A DNA stretch of 44,054 nucleotides, from IMG/VR virus record IMGVR_UViG_3300034777_000284, positions 1 through 44,054 of that record, one strand, 5' to 3'. Position numbers and translations under genes: made by a program. Below, one piece after another: positions 8,153-17,837 of the stretch. This stretch comes from a virus. Its lineage: Duplodnaviria > Caudoviricetes. Every line of letters begins with the position of its first letter. Position 1 is the stretch's first letter. The notes under the pieces are model-generated. The model had not been told where the DNA came from, ran no database searches, and was given only the letters and a program-made list of their open reading frames with translations.

Positions 8153-10648
8153 CTACACGGCAAGCAGTCCACGATCTTTATCAGTGAAATGCTTGTCTGT
8201 TACTTCGTTGAATTGGTCTTCAGGCAGGGACCAGTTCGTTACAACTCCACGGATTGGAGGGTTGCTGCGCGGAGCTTTGAACTCTCGCTTCTGTGACTTA
8301 GTTACGCCGCACCGTTCTGCTTTTTTCTGGAACTCGCGCTGCGATAATCGGTCGTCTGTCAGTACTCCATACACAACGCGCAGATGCTCCATTGGTATGA
8401 CTGAGTACTCCCATTTAGATTCAGCAATCCATTGCTTAACGAAACGTTGTGCCGTGGTAATTTCTTGGCCCTGCATTACGTTGGTTACACTGATGTCGAG
8501 TACTTCGGTGAAAAAGTCCAACTTTCCGTGCCGCACTGCGGCGAAGAACTCTTCCATAACTGACATCGTGACTTGTGCCATTTGCGCTTTTGCGTTGTTG
8601 GCAATTGGTGTGCGGACTAGCTGCTTGTTCACCGTGTAATGGCGCAGCAGTGCCGCAAATCTGTGTAGCTCCTTGTCGATGTCATCAATCCCTTCGATGA
8701 CTTCTGGGTACACATGTTCAAGTTTCTGTTCTTGGCGAGGCGCTATGTTGTATCGGCGGTCGCCTTCTTCGATTTTTACTGCGTCCATCCTGTTCGTGAG
8801 AAAGATGAAGTTCGTATAGTTTGGTAGCTCAACTTGGTTAGAGCGCATTGCACGGATAGTCATGGTGTTTTCCGTGATCGCGTTCTTGAGCTTGTCAGCA
8901 ATCTTCATGGTGCCCGAGTTGGCAGATGCCATGTGGAACTCGTCAACTACGAGGAACAAGGCTTGTCGCATGTACAAGTTGAATTGTTCTTCGATGTTTT
9001 GCAGCGCGCGCATTGGTACATGTTCGTTGCCGAACAGTGGTCTGAGTACTTTGGTGTAGAAGATGCCTTTACCTGTGCCTGGTACACCTTGCAGAACCCA
9101 AGCGGTCATCGCTTTCTTTCTGGTTTGGAAGATGTACGCGAGCCAATTGGTGAAGTGTTCTACTTCTAGATTCTCACCACCTAGTATGTGCCTTATCAAT
9201 TTGTAGATCAGTGGACAGGAATCCGCGATCTTGTGTGCGTCGCCCATGCTTAGCGATTCGTGCTCACGGCTCGACAACAGGTACTCGCTTTTGCGGAACA
9301 TGTTGATGAAGTAAGGCACGTTGGTTAGGTTCACTGCCGTCTCTGTTGACGCAGGATCGAATACGACTTTTGCATCAGGCACGAAGTCAGGTTTGCTGCG
9401 GCCGTGTGATCGCATAAAACCTTCGAGGCTAGACTGCGATGCAGGGTTTAGCGGAAAGTCATCACAGAACTGGTTCAGATTAGGATCGAATACACCGTTG
9501 TAGTAGGTGTCGGTCATGTAATCTCGCAGGACTACAGGGAACGAGGCACGTCCTTCCTTCTCCATTTCTTCTTGATACACATCAAACAGAGTCTTGTAGA
9601 ACTCTGGGTCAGCATCTTCGATGGACCAGATCGGCTCGCCCTTGAAGTTGTACATGTATGTTGGGTCTTCAAGTTTGAAGTAGTACGCGTTGCTGTCTCC
9701 GCCGTTGACGTTGCACCGGATGTACGGTGGGTTGGTATCGTCTGCTATTGCGATCGACATGCGGTCGGGGTTTTTCAAGACTTCTTCTGTCTTGGCGTTG
9801 ACCGTAACAATCTCTGTGCGTTCTTTCTTTGGGTTGAAGCCGCGTTGTGTGCGTAGCTTGTTTTTTAACTCGCGTCCTTTTTGGCTGACTAGCTCGGGGC
9901 TTATGTCGTTCATGAGCGCAGCCAAGTCCAACGTATCGGAGAGACCGGAGACGCGCACGATCCGCTCGGAGTTAGAGCCGAACGGATCGTGGGTTCCGTC
10001 TTCGAAGGTAGGAGGGGCTACGAAGATCAGCTTTGAGTTGTCAGCTACGCTGGTGTCCAGTGGGTACTTCAACGAATGGCCGTTGGAAGATAGTTCTAAC
10101 TGGGTTGAGAACAGCTTCGACTCAAAATTGCAGTTCTGTAACCACAGCTTTACAGCCGCAGCTGGCATCGCGTAGGTCAACAGAATAAAAATGTGGAGCG
10201 ATACCTTGTCGCCTTTTAAACCAAGACTCGAAGAAGCTTGTGCGATAAAGCTGCAGTCCTGCACCTCTGGTGGCAGTTCTCGCATTACGGCCTTCGCAAT
10301 CGAGCCGACATCTTTGTCGGTGAATTGTTTTGGGTTTGTGTGGTTCGGCAGGGTTATGCCGTCGATATCCAGAACAAGAAGGCTGGTATAGCCAACGCGA
10401 TCAGTCTTACCCGCTCGCGATTCGTTTTGGAGATCTCGTTTCAAGTTTCCTTTTAGTAAGCAAAAACCTTGTTCGCCTTTATCCCGTATCGACTGCTCAA
10501 GCATGGCTAGGCCAGTGGCGTCAGTGGGCAGCTGTTCATTATGTGACGTTACGTTTTTTACATGTGGGTAAGGGGTGAAACCATTTATCGGGCTGTGCCG
10601 TTTACTAAGCCGCTGTCCATTAGCGGCTTCTAAAAACGTTATTTGCAT
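8153..10648 (-). CDS. Primase-helicase (AEP/PrimPol-like N-terminus, SF3-type helicase C-terminus)
   Basis: LVLDID, LHIF, DTSV primase-like motifs; GVPGTGKG Walker A, VVDE Walker B, FLTN, DRR; GGAGGA before ATG 10648. Confidence 0.85.
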   Translation of the reverse strand: MQITFLEAANGQRLSKRHSPINGFTPYPHVKNVTSHNEQLPTDATGLAMLEQSIRDKGEQGFCLLKGNLKRDLQNESRAGKTDRVGYTSLLVLDIDGITLPNHTNPKQFTDKDVGSIAKAVMRELPPEVQDCSFIAQASSSLGLKGDKVSLHIFILLTYAMPAAAVKLWLQNCNFESKLFSTQLELSSNGHSLKYPLDTSVADNSKLIFVAPPTFEDGTHDPFGSNSERIVRVSGLSDTLDLAALMNDISPELVSQKGRELKNKLRTQRGFNPKKERTEIVTVNAKTEEVLKNPDRMSIAIADDTNPPYIRCNVNGGDSNAYYFKLEDPTYMYNFKGEPIWSIEDADPEFYKTLFDVYQEEMEKEGRASFPVVLRDYMTDTYYNGVFDPNLNQFCDDFPLNPASQSSLEGFMRSHGRSKPDFVPDAKVVFDPASTETAVNLTNVPYFINMFRKSEYLLSSREHESLSMGDAHKIADSCPLIYKLIRHILGGENLEVEHFTNWLAYIFQTRKKAMTAWVLQGVPGTGKGIFYTKVLRPLFGNEHVPMRALQNIEEQFNLYMRQALFLVVDEFHMASANSGTMKIADKLKNAITENTMTIRAMRSNQVELPNYTNFIFLTNRMDAVKIEEGDRRYNIAPRQEQKLEHVYPEVIEGIDDIDKELHRFAALLRHYTVNKQLVRTPIANNAKAQMAQVTMSVMEEFFAAVRHGKLDFFTEVLDISVTNVMQGQEITTAQRFVKQWIAESKWEYSVIPMEHLRVVYGVLTDDRLSQREFQKKAERCGVTKSQKREFKAPRSNPPIRGVVTNWSLPEDQFNEVTDKHFTDKDRGLLAV

Positions 10649-10670
10649 GACTCCTCCTACAGAGCTACAC

Positions 10671-10689
10671 ATATTAGCATGGCTAATAT
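10671..10689 (-). promoter_or_regulatory. Promoter-operator cassette 4
   Basis: ATATTAG-CATGG-CTAATAT; minus strand TGcTAATAT. Confidence 0.8.
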
Positions 10690-10692
10690 AAA

Positions 10693-10887
10693 TTAAGTAG
10701 GATTCGCGTCTTTTTCAAATACTTCCTGTCGGTCGATCCTGACCGATTCGTCTGCTTCAAACGTCAGACGAACTTGATTCCTGTCAACTTTGGAGATTTT
10801 TACTCTCGCGAGGACGCCGTCATCGCTGTGGATGACTACTGTTTCTTGGATTTTTCTCGTTAATACCAAACGTGGCATATGGCTCAC
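10693..10887 (-). CDS. csrA: CsrA/RsmA-family RNA-binding protein
   Basis: LVLTRK..ETVVI...NQVRL...VRIDRQEV aligns by eye with CsrA MLILTRR...NQVRI...VSVHREEI, with the Arg44 equivalent retained. Confidence 0.8.
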   Translation of the reverse strand: MSHMPRLVLTRKIQETVVIHSDDGVLARVKISKVDRNQVRLTFEADESVRIDRQEVFEKDANPT

Positions 10888-12701
10888 TTGCTGTAACTAA
10901 CGTCATAACCGCCTTCGGCATCCAAGGGGATGTCTGGTGCCCATGCTGGCGGGGTACACATGTGCTGTATTAGCTTCTGCATTGTAGCATCAGGGTTATT
11001 AGCGTCACTAATTATTATGATCTCGTCATGCACGGTTAGCACGATGTCAGCGTCCAGCGTTGGGTCGTTTTTGATGCGCAGCATTGCATCCGTAACAACG
11101 ATACGGGATAGCGCTTGCACGACGTTCTCGGTTATTCGCCCTCCCCAAGTAGTTTCGGGCGCGAGCCCCCTACCTTTGTAGGTAAGTTTGCCGTTCCATA
11201 TGTGCAGGTCGTTGTAATGTAGGGCCATCCCATTGGGCAGATGGATCTTTTTGTCTTTGAATCGTAGGCCGTGCCAGTCTTCTTCGTGGCTTGCCTGCAA
11301 CGTCTGCGTCAATTTGAGTTCGAGTTTCTGCCAAAGCAGCGGTATACCGAAGTATGTATTGCGATACGTCGCTACAACACCGAGTGCCTGGTCGTTGGTG
11401 AACGTCATTGGTGGTCCCATTGCACCAGTCTCCAAAGTGGACTGGAATTTTGCTGCGCCCATCCCGTAACCCAGCCCAAGTACAGCGGTCTTTCCGACAA
11501 AGCGCTCTGTTGGGTCATTGTTTTTATTGATTGGTCGGTCATAGATGATGCTGGCGAGGTTGCTGTAGATGTCATCCCCTGCTGCAAACTGATCGAGTAG
11601 ATCTTGCTGGTCGGCCAGCCATGCGAGCATACGGGCTTCGATGTTCGACAAGTCAGCAACAAACACAAGTTTCCCTGGTGGGGCGCACAACGCTTTGCGC
11701 ATCGGTGAGTTGCGGGGCATGTTCTGCATGTTGATCTTTTCGGTGCCGCCGAAGCGGCCGGTGTGCGCTGCGTAGTATCGCAACGGAACTGAGAGCGTGC
11801 CGTCTTTGTTGGTAGCGTCAATGAAGCGCTGAGCCCTGGTCTCGTTGATGCGACTCTTTGCAGCTTTGCGTGCATCCCAAATCAGCTGGTGCTCTGGATA
11901 CATACCTTGCAGCTGGGTGAACGCTTTGTCGTTCTTACCAAGAGCGGGTATGAATTTACCAGTTGTAGGGCTGCGTTTGGTTGGTGGAACAAGGTGTAGC
12001 TCGTTCTCGATGTATGCAGCGAATTGTTGATTAGAGCTAAGAACTTTTCGTTCGACGCCGCTTTTTTCAATTGCTGTCTTACTGGCAGTGATTTCTGAGT
12101 CGCGGAACTTGATTAGTGCTTCGTGGTCCACGACAAACTTCGGCTCGCAGAACATGCGGCAAGTGATGTCGATTAGGTCCATCTCTGACGTAGGCATATC
12201 TACAACCCACTGGTCATAGATCGCGCGAGTCAGATCGACGTCTTGAATACAGTATCCTGCAATGGATGCTTCGAGGTCAGGATCAAGGTCGTAGATGCCC
12301 TTTGCGTCTGCAAGCTCGTCGCCTTTACGCATGGTGTCGTCTGTTGGGAATGCGCGTATTGCGCAATCTTTCAAACGTGCGCTTTGGCCGGGGAAAAGGC
12401 CGCGACTCATTGCTGCAGTGTCGACGTAGTATTTGGGGGTTAGTCCGTAATATTGCGTAAGGATGTACGCGTCGAAAAGCGTGTTATGGCATAAGAGCCA
12501 TACGTTGTCCCAGTCTAGGGCACGTAGTGCGTCTTCGCACTCATCTTCTCCGTACCATTCTGTAGCATCATGATTGATCTTGATGCCTACACCCCACACC
12601 TTGAAGCGATCGTCTTGGACGTACTCCATCGTCGTCATCTTGGTCAGGGAAAAAGATTTATCGTAAAACGTTTCGAAATCAAGTGTTACGAGGTGATTCA
12701 A
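10884..12701 (-). CDS. polA: Family A DNA polymerase with 3'-5' exonuclease
   Basis: LDFET, HNTLFD, YCIQD exonuclease motifs; HTGR, NMQN, DLSNIEAR, RFVGKTAVLGLGYG, VHDE. Confidence 0.95.
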   Translation of the reverse strand: MNHLVTLDFETFYDKSFSLTKMTTMEYVQDDRFKVWGVGIKINHDATEWYGEDECEDALRALDWDNVWLLCHNTLFDAYILTQYYGLTPKYYVDTAAMSRGLFPGQSARLKDCAIRAFPTDDTMRKGDELADAKGIYDLDPDLEASIAGYCIQDVDLTRAIYDQWVVDMPTSEMDLIDITCRMFCEPKFVVDHEALIKFRDSEITASKTAIEKSGVERKVLSSNQQFAAYIENELHLVPPTKRSPTTGKFIPALGKNDKAFTQLQGMYPEHQLIWDARKAAKSRINETRAQRFIDATNKDGTLSVPLRYYAAHTGRFGGTEKINMQNMPRNSPMRKALCAPPGKLVFVADLSNIEARMLAWLADQQDLLDQFAAGDDIYSNLASIIYDRPINKNNDPTERFVGKTAVLGLGYGMGAAKFQSTLETGAMGPPMTFTNDQALGVVATYRNTYFGIPLLWQKLELKLTQTLQASHEEDWHGLRFKDKKIHLPNGMALHYNDLHIWNGKLTYKGRGLAPETTWGGRITENVVQALSRIVVTDAMLRIKNDPTLDADIVLTVHDEIIIISDANNPDATMQKLIQHMCTPPAWAPDIPLDAEGGYDVSYSK

Positions 12702-12871
12702 AACATCTCCTTGCTGTTGGCAGCTTCAGATTCGTCGATATCTACGATTATTGACCAAGCGTAAACAGTGGGATTAATTCCATAAGCTTCAATTAGCGTC
12801 GAGTGGACTTCATCAGATATTTGGTCACCAAAATGCTTGCTGAGGTCTTCGCTGGTTAGTGTTATTCGCAT
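12698..12871 (-). CDS. Hypothetical protein
   Basis: GGAGGAG RBS before ATG 12871; stop overlaps the pol start. Confidence 0.55.
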   Translation of the reverse strand: MRITLTSEDLSKHFGDQISDEVHSTLIEAYGINPTVYAWSIIVDIDESEAANSKEMF

Positions 12872-12875
12872 TTTG

Positions 12876-13067
12876 TTACCACTCCTCCGTCTTGGCGGAT
12901 TCATTTTCATAATGGGCATACAAATTGCCTTCGATTGCTTTGAACTGTTCGTTGAGTTCGTTGAAGGTGCCAGGCATACGAGACTCGACCCACACTTTCA
13001 CAAAGCTTGCTAGCTCTGGGTGGGATGACTGCTCGTTGTTCAAACGGATGTATTCATCGATATCCAT
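12876..13067 (-). CDS. Hypothetical protein
   Basis: AAGGAG RBS; co-oriented. Confidence 0.6.
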   Translation of the reverse strand: MDIDEYIRLNNEQSSHPELASFVKVWVESRMPGTFNELNEQFKAIEGNLYAHYENESAKTEEW

Positions 13068-13097
13068 ACTAGTACTCCTTACGTTGGATATTTCTTA

Positions 13098-13280
13098 TTA
13101 GGCCTTGAAGATCTCCAGTACTGTGACTGCACTCCATTCAGCGGTTTCGTATTCGGGGCGCGATAGAACAATTAGCTGGCCGGTTTTGTCGTGCGCGATC
13201 ATTGCTGTTTCGTTTAGCTGATCGGCTATGAATTCGGCTTCTTCTATTGCGTACTCGATGGTGGTGAACTTAGTTGCCAC
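13098..13280 (-). CDS. Small acidic hypothetical protein
   Basis: Probable GTG start at 13280 overlapping the upstream gene's end. Confidence 0.45.
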   Translation of the reverse strand: MATKFTTIEYAIEEAEFIADQLNETAMIAHDKTGQLIVLSRPEYETAEWSAVTVLEIFKA

Positions 13281-13590
13281 CTGAAAGGCGCTCAATTTCG
13301 GCATCAATGTAGAATTTGATCTTTTTTGCGTCACGCAGTTGGTCACTGTGAGACGCTTCGCCGTATCTGTAGCAGCTGCGGAAGATCTCACCGATCTGCG
13401 CGTTCATGTTCTTATCCGAGATAAGATGTTGAAGCTCAGTGGCGCGACTTGGCAGCTGGTAGTACGAAGCGGTTGAACCGTCAGACCGTGATGCGTTGGG
13501 GGGTGCATCATCGGTGTGGACAACGGTTTGTCGGAGATATTTGCGATTGAGGTTGTCCCAATCAGCGGGGGTGGCGTTATCGATGCTCAT
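13270..13590 (-). CDS. DUF3310-like (T7 gp1.7 nucleotide kinase-related) protein
   Basis: SYY...MN...GEIFRSCYRYG...RDAKKIKFYIDAEIERL pattern; GGAGG RBS before ATG 13590. Confidence 0.55.
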   Translation of the reverse strand: MSIDNATPADWDNLNRKYLRQTVVHTDDAPPNASRSDGSTASYYQLPSRATELQHLISDKNMNAQIGEIFRSCYRYGEASHSDQLRDAKKIKFYIDAEIERLSGGN

Positions 13591-13615
13591 CTTGTTACCT
13601 CCTGATAAGCATTCA

Positions 13616-13634
13616 ATATTACTGTTACTAATAT
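13616..13634 (-). promoter_or_regulatory. Promoter-operator cassette 5
   Basis: ATATTAC-TGTTA-CTAATAT; minus strand TTGAGT-N17-TAATAT. Confidence 0.75.
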
Positions 13635-13640
13635 TAGCAC

Positions 13641-14768
13641 TCAAGATAAATACGCCGCTTGTTTCATTTCTTCCATTTGGATTCGGCAGACGCTGCCCCA
13701 CGGGGCATCGCGGTCTGTTGTCGATACCCATAGGACTGGGTAGTTTGGCTCTTCGCCAAAATCGTCGCTGCACAAGTCGGTTAAGTAGACCGCTGCATCA
13801 ACGTCGTGATGCTCGTTGAGGTACTCAAACGCTGGGGCGAACGATGTGCCACCACCACCTTTGATTGGTGTCATAGGGAACGCTTCGTCAGGCTCGACCT
13901 CATCGACATGCGCTACTTTTGTATCCACATGTAGAATGGTGAGCTTGGATGGCTGTAGCTCGGTATGAACTGCAGCAACCTCACTGATGAATTGTTGCCA
14001 GTAAGTCCGGCACGACCCAGAGGCGTCGATAATGAATGCTAGATGGCCAGCACCTTCCGAGTACAACGACGGAAGATATTCATCTTCACTGATGTACGCG
14101 CGGTTAGGTTTGCGCCAGCTGTAGTCGTTATTGACGACTTCTGTGCAGAAAGGCCACATGACAGATCGCCAGTCGACGATTGGCTTGACGATATCTTTGA
14201 TAAAAGTCTCAAGGTGAGCTGGTAGCTTGCCTGCTGCTTTTGCAACTTGCGCCGCTTGTGTCACTGCGACTTGCCACTCTGATTCAAGTGATGCGTTTGA
14301 ACCCGCATCGATCTGAACCTGAGAAGAATCAGCATCGAGGACGATACCCCATGCACATTGCTTGACGCCTTCGTCTTTGATCTTGTTGTAGATCGCCTCG
14401 GCACTCATGTCATCGTACTGCGAGTCGATGAGCCCCCCTTCAGGGAGTATGAACCCTGATTGAACTAAGTGACTGTTGATCGCGAAGTCACATGCTGCGT
14501 TCCATATCTTATGATCGCGTTCTTGTCGTCGCGTCATATGATTGAACACACAGTGCATGACTTCGTGTGCGATGAGTCCTTTGCGAGTCAAAGGGTCGAG
14601 CTTGCCGATGAACTTGCTGTTGTAGACAAGCTGCTTACCGTCGGTAGCAGCTGTGTCACAGCCGTCATCGTCTTGCACTAGCTTAAGCCGTAACGCCAGC
14701 GTGCCGAAGAACGGATGTTCCATCAGCATCTGGGCTCGGGCTTTTACCATGTCAGCTTCTGCGGACAT
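13641..14768 (-). CDS. Metallopeptidase-like plus vWA domain protein (DUF2201-like)
   Basis: TAATDG, AHEVMH (HExxH), DASGS MIDAS, GGGGTSF, YLTD. Confidence 0.85.
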   Translation of the reverse strand: MSAEADMVKARAQMLMEHPFFGTLALRLKLVQDDDGCDTAATDGKQLVYNSKFIGKLDPLTRKGLIAHEVMHCVFNHMTRRQERDHKIWNAACDFAINSHLVQSGFILPEGGLIDSQYDDMSAEAIYNKIKDEGVKQCAWGIVLDADSSQVQIDAGSNASLESEWQVAVTQAAQVAKAAGKLPAHLETFIKDIVKPIVDWRSVMWPFCTEVVNNDYSWRKPNRAYISEDEYLPSLYSEGAGHLAFIIDASGSCRTYWQQFISEVAAVHTELQPSKLTILHVDTKVAHVDEVEPDEAFPMTPIKGGGGTSFAPAFEYLNEHHDVDAAVYLTDLCSDDFGEEPNYPVLWVSTTDRDAPWGSVCRIQMEEMKQAAYLS

Positions 14769-14769
14769 A

Positions 14770-15486
14770 TTAGCCTCCTAAGAGTTTTGCCGTTAGCACG
14801 GCTTGGTTTGCAACAGTCGGATCGAAAGAGATTTCTTCTTTGATCGTCTGCGCGCGTTGTGCGCGAGTTACCTTGCGGTGTAGCTCTTGCAGTTTGCTTT
14901 GAGGAACAAGCGTTTCAGCGCCAGGCCAAACCTGCAGCAACTGCTTGAGTGTTGTGCATTTGCGTACCAGATCTTTGATCTGCTTTTGGTACTGGTTTTT
15001 TGCTTCTTCATGCGCTTTCTCCGAGTCTTTGAACTTGGTGAACATATCAATGAGATCTGATTTGTCTTCATCACGGAAGTCGTTGATATAAACGGCCGCG
15101 TCGTTGTATGAGTAATAACCTTCATCGCGCAACTTGTAGTAATGCATCGGTGTCGCCAAAGTGATGTTGCAATCAGGGTCGTTACCGGTCCGGCCGTTGC
15201 TTACTACGTTCGTAAGCGATCTGAGTTTTACCCTTATGTTTGCAACGTCGTCTCGTTTAGGCGAACAATTTATGCCGTACAGGTACTCGCTGGTTAGCTC
15301 CTGATCTCTTGCATCTTCCGATACTTTGGCAAGGAACTTCTGCACAGGCGAGTTTTCGATCGCGTTGCGCACAGCTTCTACAAACTCGTTGCTTGGCTTG
15401 GGTTGGGGATTAGCGGTGTCGTACGCGTCGCGCGCGGCTCGATATATGTCGTCGCCAAGTTGAATTGTCATTCTTACTGAGGCCAT
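14770..15486 (-). CDS. Nmad5-like protein
   Basis: C-terminal TTLKQLLQVWPGAETLVP signature. Confidence 0.55.
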   Translation of the reverse strand: MASVRMTIQLGDDIYRAARDAYDTANPQPKPSNEFVEAVRNAIENSPVQKFLAKVSEDARDQELTSEYLYGINCSPKRDDVANIRVKLRSLTNVVSNGRTGNDPDCNITLATPMHYYKLRDEGYYSYNDAAVYINDFRDEDKSDLIDMFTKFKDSEKAHEEAKNQYQKQIKDLVRKCTTLKQLLQVWPGAETLVPQSKLQELHRKVTRAQRAQTIKEEISFDPTVANQAVLTAKLLGG

Positions 15487-15495
15487 AAGTTTCTC

Positions 15496-16494
15496 CTAAA
15501 GTAGTACGTCTGCGTTTTTCACAGACCAGTCAGTGAAGGTTTGGGATTGGATTAAGGTGCGATCTTTTGCAAGGGCGTCCTTCATAACCAACACGCCATA
15601 CTCTGTTGGCAGCCGGTTTGCGTATTTGACGATCGATGCAAAGTTTTCTTTGGTGACACGAACGGTCAGCGCACCAATAACAGCGAAGATTACCGAGGTG
15701 CTGGTCGGTACTTTCGCAGTAGTTGGATTAGCAATGACATCGTCGATGTCGGGTAGATCTTGGTAGATCGATTTGAATGCAGCGAATTCGCCTGCAGCCG
15801 CGTCGCCTACCAGGGATGCAACGCCGTAAAACTCATCAGCCATGAATGGCAGCTTACGGTTGACGTATGCCCATGCGCGCGGCGTTGGGAATGCGTTTTG
15901 TGTTGCGTCGACTTGTGACAACAGCTGCGGACGGAAACGCAAGAAGCTGATTAGCGTCTCGTCAATGTTGTTGTTTACGGCCCACGCAATCCAGTCATCG
16001 ATGTTTGATTCGAGGACGAAGTGCGAGAAGCGGTTTTTGACAGGTGTTGGCATCTCATGCACAGCGGCTCGGTCAGTGGATCGGTTACCAGCAGCAATGA
16101 AGGTGGTGTTTGGCGGGCAGGTGTATGTACCAATCTTGCCAGTGGTGAGCAGCTGCAGAAGCGAGTTCTGAGTTGCTTTGGGAGCCGTTGTAAGCTCGTC
16201 GATTAGGATGGTAACAGCGCCTTGGTAGTTGCTGTCTGGGTAATCCTCGGGCACACCATACCGAGTTCGGTACGTGCCATCTTCTTGCTCGACAACTTTT
16301 AAGCCACCGCGTACGTCGACTGGGTCGAACAAGTTGGCGCGGATCTCAAACAGCTTTGAGTTCAAGTCTTCTGCAACTTGGTATGCGATTTCAGACTTAC
16401 CCTCGCCAGGTGCGCCGTGCATCATGCTTGGGATTCGGGCCAAGGCGTTGGCCTTGAGTTCTTCTTTGAGGGCGGAAGGACGGATCGTTCTCAT
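15496..16494 (-). CDS. MoxR-like AAA+ ATPase
   Basis: GAPGEGKS, ILIDE, AAGN, NRF, TPRAW. Confidence 0.88.
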   Translation of the reverse strand: MRTIRPSALKEELKANALARIPSMMHGAPGEGKSEIAYQVAEDLNSKLFEIRANLFDPVDVRGGLKVVEQEDGTYRTRYGVPEDYPDSNYQGAVTILIDELTTAPKATQNSLLQLLTTGKIGTYTCPPNTTFIAAGNRSTDRAAVHEMPTPVKNRFSHFVLESNIDDWIAWAVNNNIDETLISFLRFRPQLLSQVDATQNAFPTPRAWAYVNRKLPFMADEFYGVASLVGDAAAGEFAAFKSIYQDLPDIDDVIANPTTAKVPTSTSVIFAVIGALTVRVTKENFASIVKYANRLPTEYGVLVMKDALAKDRTLIQSQTFTDWSVKNADVLL

Positions 16495-16733
16495 ACGTTA
16501 TCTACTCCTAAGATAAAGGTTTGGTTGAGGCTTGAGGCCATTTCAGTGATGAGTCTCCAAATGTCTTCGGGGCTTCGGTTTTTAAAATGTGCCCAAGCCA
16601 TACCGGACACAAATTGCATCAGGCGTTCTTCGGAAAGGTGCATCCAGTTCGGTGGCAACGGGTGGTGCAGAAAGTGCGTTGCTGCGTAAGCAATCAGCTG
16701 CTCTCTATTCCACATTTCTTTTTGCATTGGCAT
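16491..16733 (-). CDS. Hypothetical protein
   Basis: Co-oriented; stop overlaps the AAA start. Confidence 0.55.
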   Translation of the reverse strand: MPMQKEMWNREQLIAYAATHFLHHPLPPNWMHLSEERLMQFVSGMAWAHFKNRSPEDIWRLITEMASSLNQTFILGVDNV

Positions 16734-16929
16734 CTCCTTCTAGTGCGGTGATGTATGGGTCGAGGGACGACTTGAGTGTGTTGAACAGCCAGTCGTCCTT
16801 CGCGATTTGCGCATCGCGGTCCGCGTCTGGGTCTCCCTCAGCCACAGGTGCGAATACGCCTTCACCGTCTAACCAGTCCGAGTAATCGGAGTAAGGGTCG
16901 TCGGTGTTTCGGCAGGGCATTCGACTCAT
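16705..16929 (-). CDS. Acidic hypothetical protein
   Basis: Co-oriented; AGGAG RBS. Confidence 0.55.
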   Translation of the reverse strand: MSRMPCRNTDDPYSDYSDWLDGEGVFAPVAEGDPDADRDAQIAKDDWLFNTLKSSLDPYITALEGDANAKRNVE

Positions 16930-17408
16930 GCAGGTCTCCTAAATGGATCATGTCGGAAATCACGAACCGCTTTGTCTGAGTTGATGAACTGCTTCATTAG
17001 ATGTTCAAGCACGGCTTTTTGGCGTTCTGTGACGCGGCAATCCATCAGCTGCGTGATTAAGTTGATGTCGAGAAGCTCGCGCGGTTCAGGCGGTTTCACG
17101 TTTATGGTTTTGCCGTCAAGCCAATCGTCGACTGTTTGCGGTTTTGGGAATGCAGCACGAGGAGCTGGTTGGGGCGGTGCTGCTTTTTCTTTGCGGGGGC
17201 GCTGTTTGTTGATGATGGTACCGGCGGGTACAGACAACAGTTCTGCAACTTCATCTGCATATTTCTTACTTACGCCACGGAAACACCATTGGCTTACGCT
17301 AGTGGCGTGGACACCTAGCATGTTCGCCATCTCGGTCTGGGTGATGCCGTTGGCTTTGAGCGCGGCTCGGGTGTTGTGCCCTTTTGCACATTGGATCGGT
17401 TTGCTCAT
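16926..17408 (-). CDS. Cro/XRE-type HTH protein
   Basis: GITQTEMANMLGVHATSVSQW HTH; AAAGGA RBS. Confidence 0.75.
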   Translation of the reverse strand: MSKPIQCAKGHNTRAALKANGITQTEMANMLGVHATSVSQWCFRGVSKKYADEVAELLSVPAGTIINKQRPRKEKAAPPQPAPRAAFPKPQTVDDWLDGKTINVKPPEPRELLDINLITQLMDCRVTERQKAVLEHLMKQFINSDKAVRDFRHDPFRRPA

Positions 17409-17434
17409 AGTGAGTCCTTTCGTTTGGGGTTGGG

Positions 17435-17692
17435 TTAGAGGCTGCGATTTACGGTGTTGTAGACCGAGTAGTACGAGATGCTCAGCTGTGCGGCGATCTC
17501 GCGGTATCCGAATCCTTTGTTTCGGAGGTTGCGTATCGCGTCTTTTTCTTCTTGTGTTAGCGGTGCGCGTCTCGGCCTACGAGTGCCCCATCCGTCGTAC
17601 GCGGTTCGAAAGCTTTTACCGCGTTCGCGTACAATTTCTTGGGCTTGGATCGCTGCGAGGAACTTCTTGGTCAAGGTGCTACACCTTCTCAT
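17435..17692 (-). CDS. Small HTH protein
   Basis: LTQEEKDAIRNLRNKGFGYREIAAQLSISYYSVYN; start uncertain. Confidence 0.6.
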   Translation of the reverse strand: MRRCSTLTKKFLAAIQAQEIVRERGKSFRTAYDGWGTRRPRRAPLTQEEKDAIRNLRNKGFGYREIAAQLSISYYSVYNTVNRSL

Positions 17693-17837
17693 GTGGGATG
17701 GATAAAGAGTCGTTGAGACGCACCATTGCCTCGCAAAGGTCGTCCCAATCGCCGTCGGAAAGCTCAAGATCTATATCTTGTAACCGCCAGAGCGCTTTCC
17801 AGATGGCGTTGAGTTCAGGGTGGAGGTTGTGACTCAT
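17679..17837 (-). CDS. Small acidic hypothetical protein
   Basis: GGAGG RBS before ATG 17837. Confidence 0.5.
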   Translation of the reverse strand: MSHNLHPELNAIWKALWRLQDIDLELSDGDWDDLCEAMVRLNDSLSIPHEKV

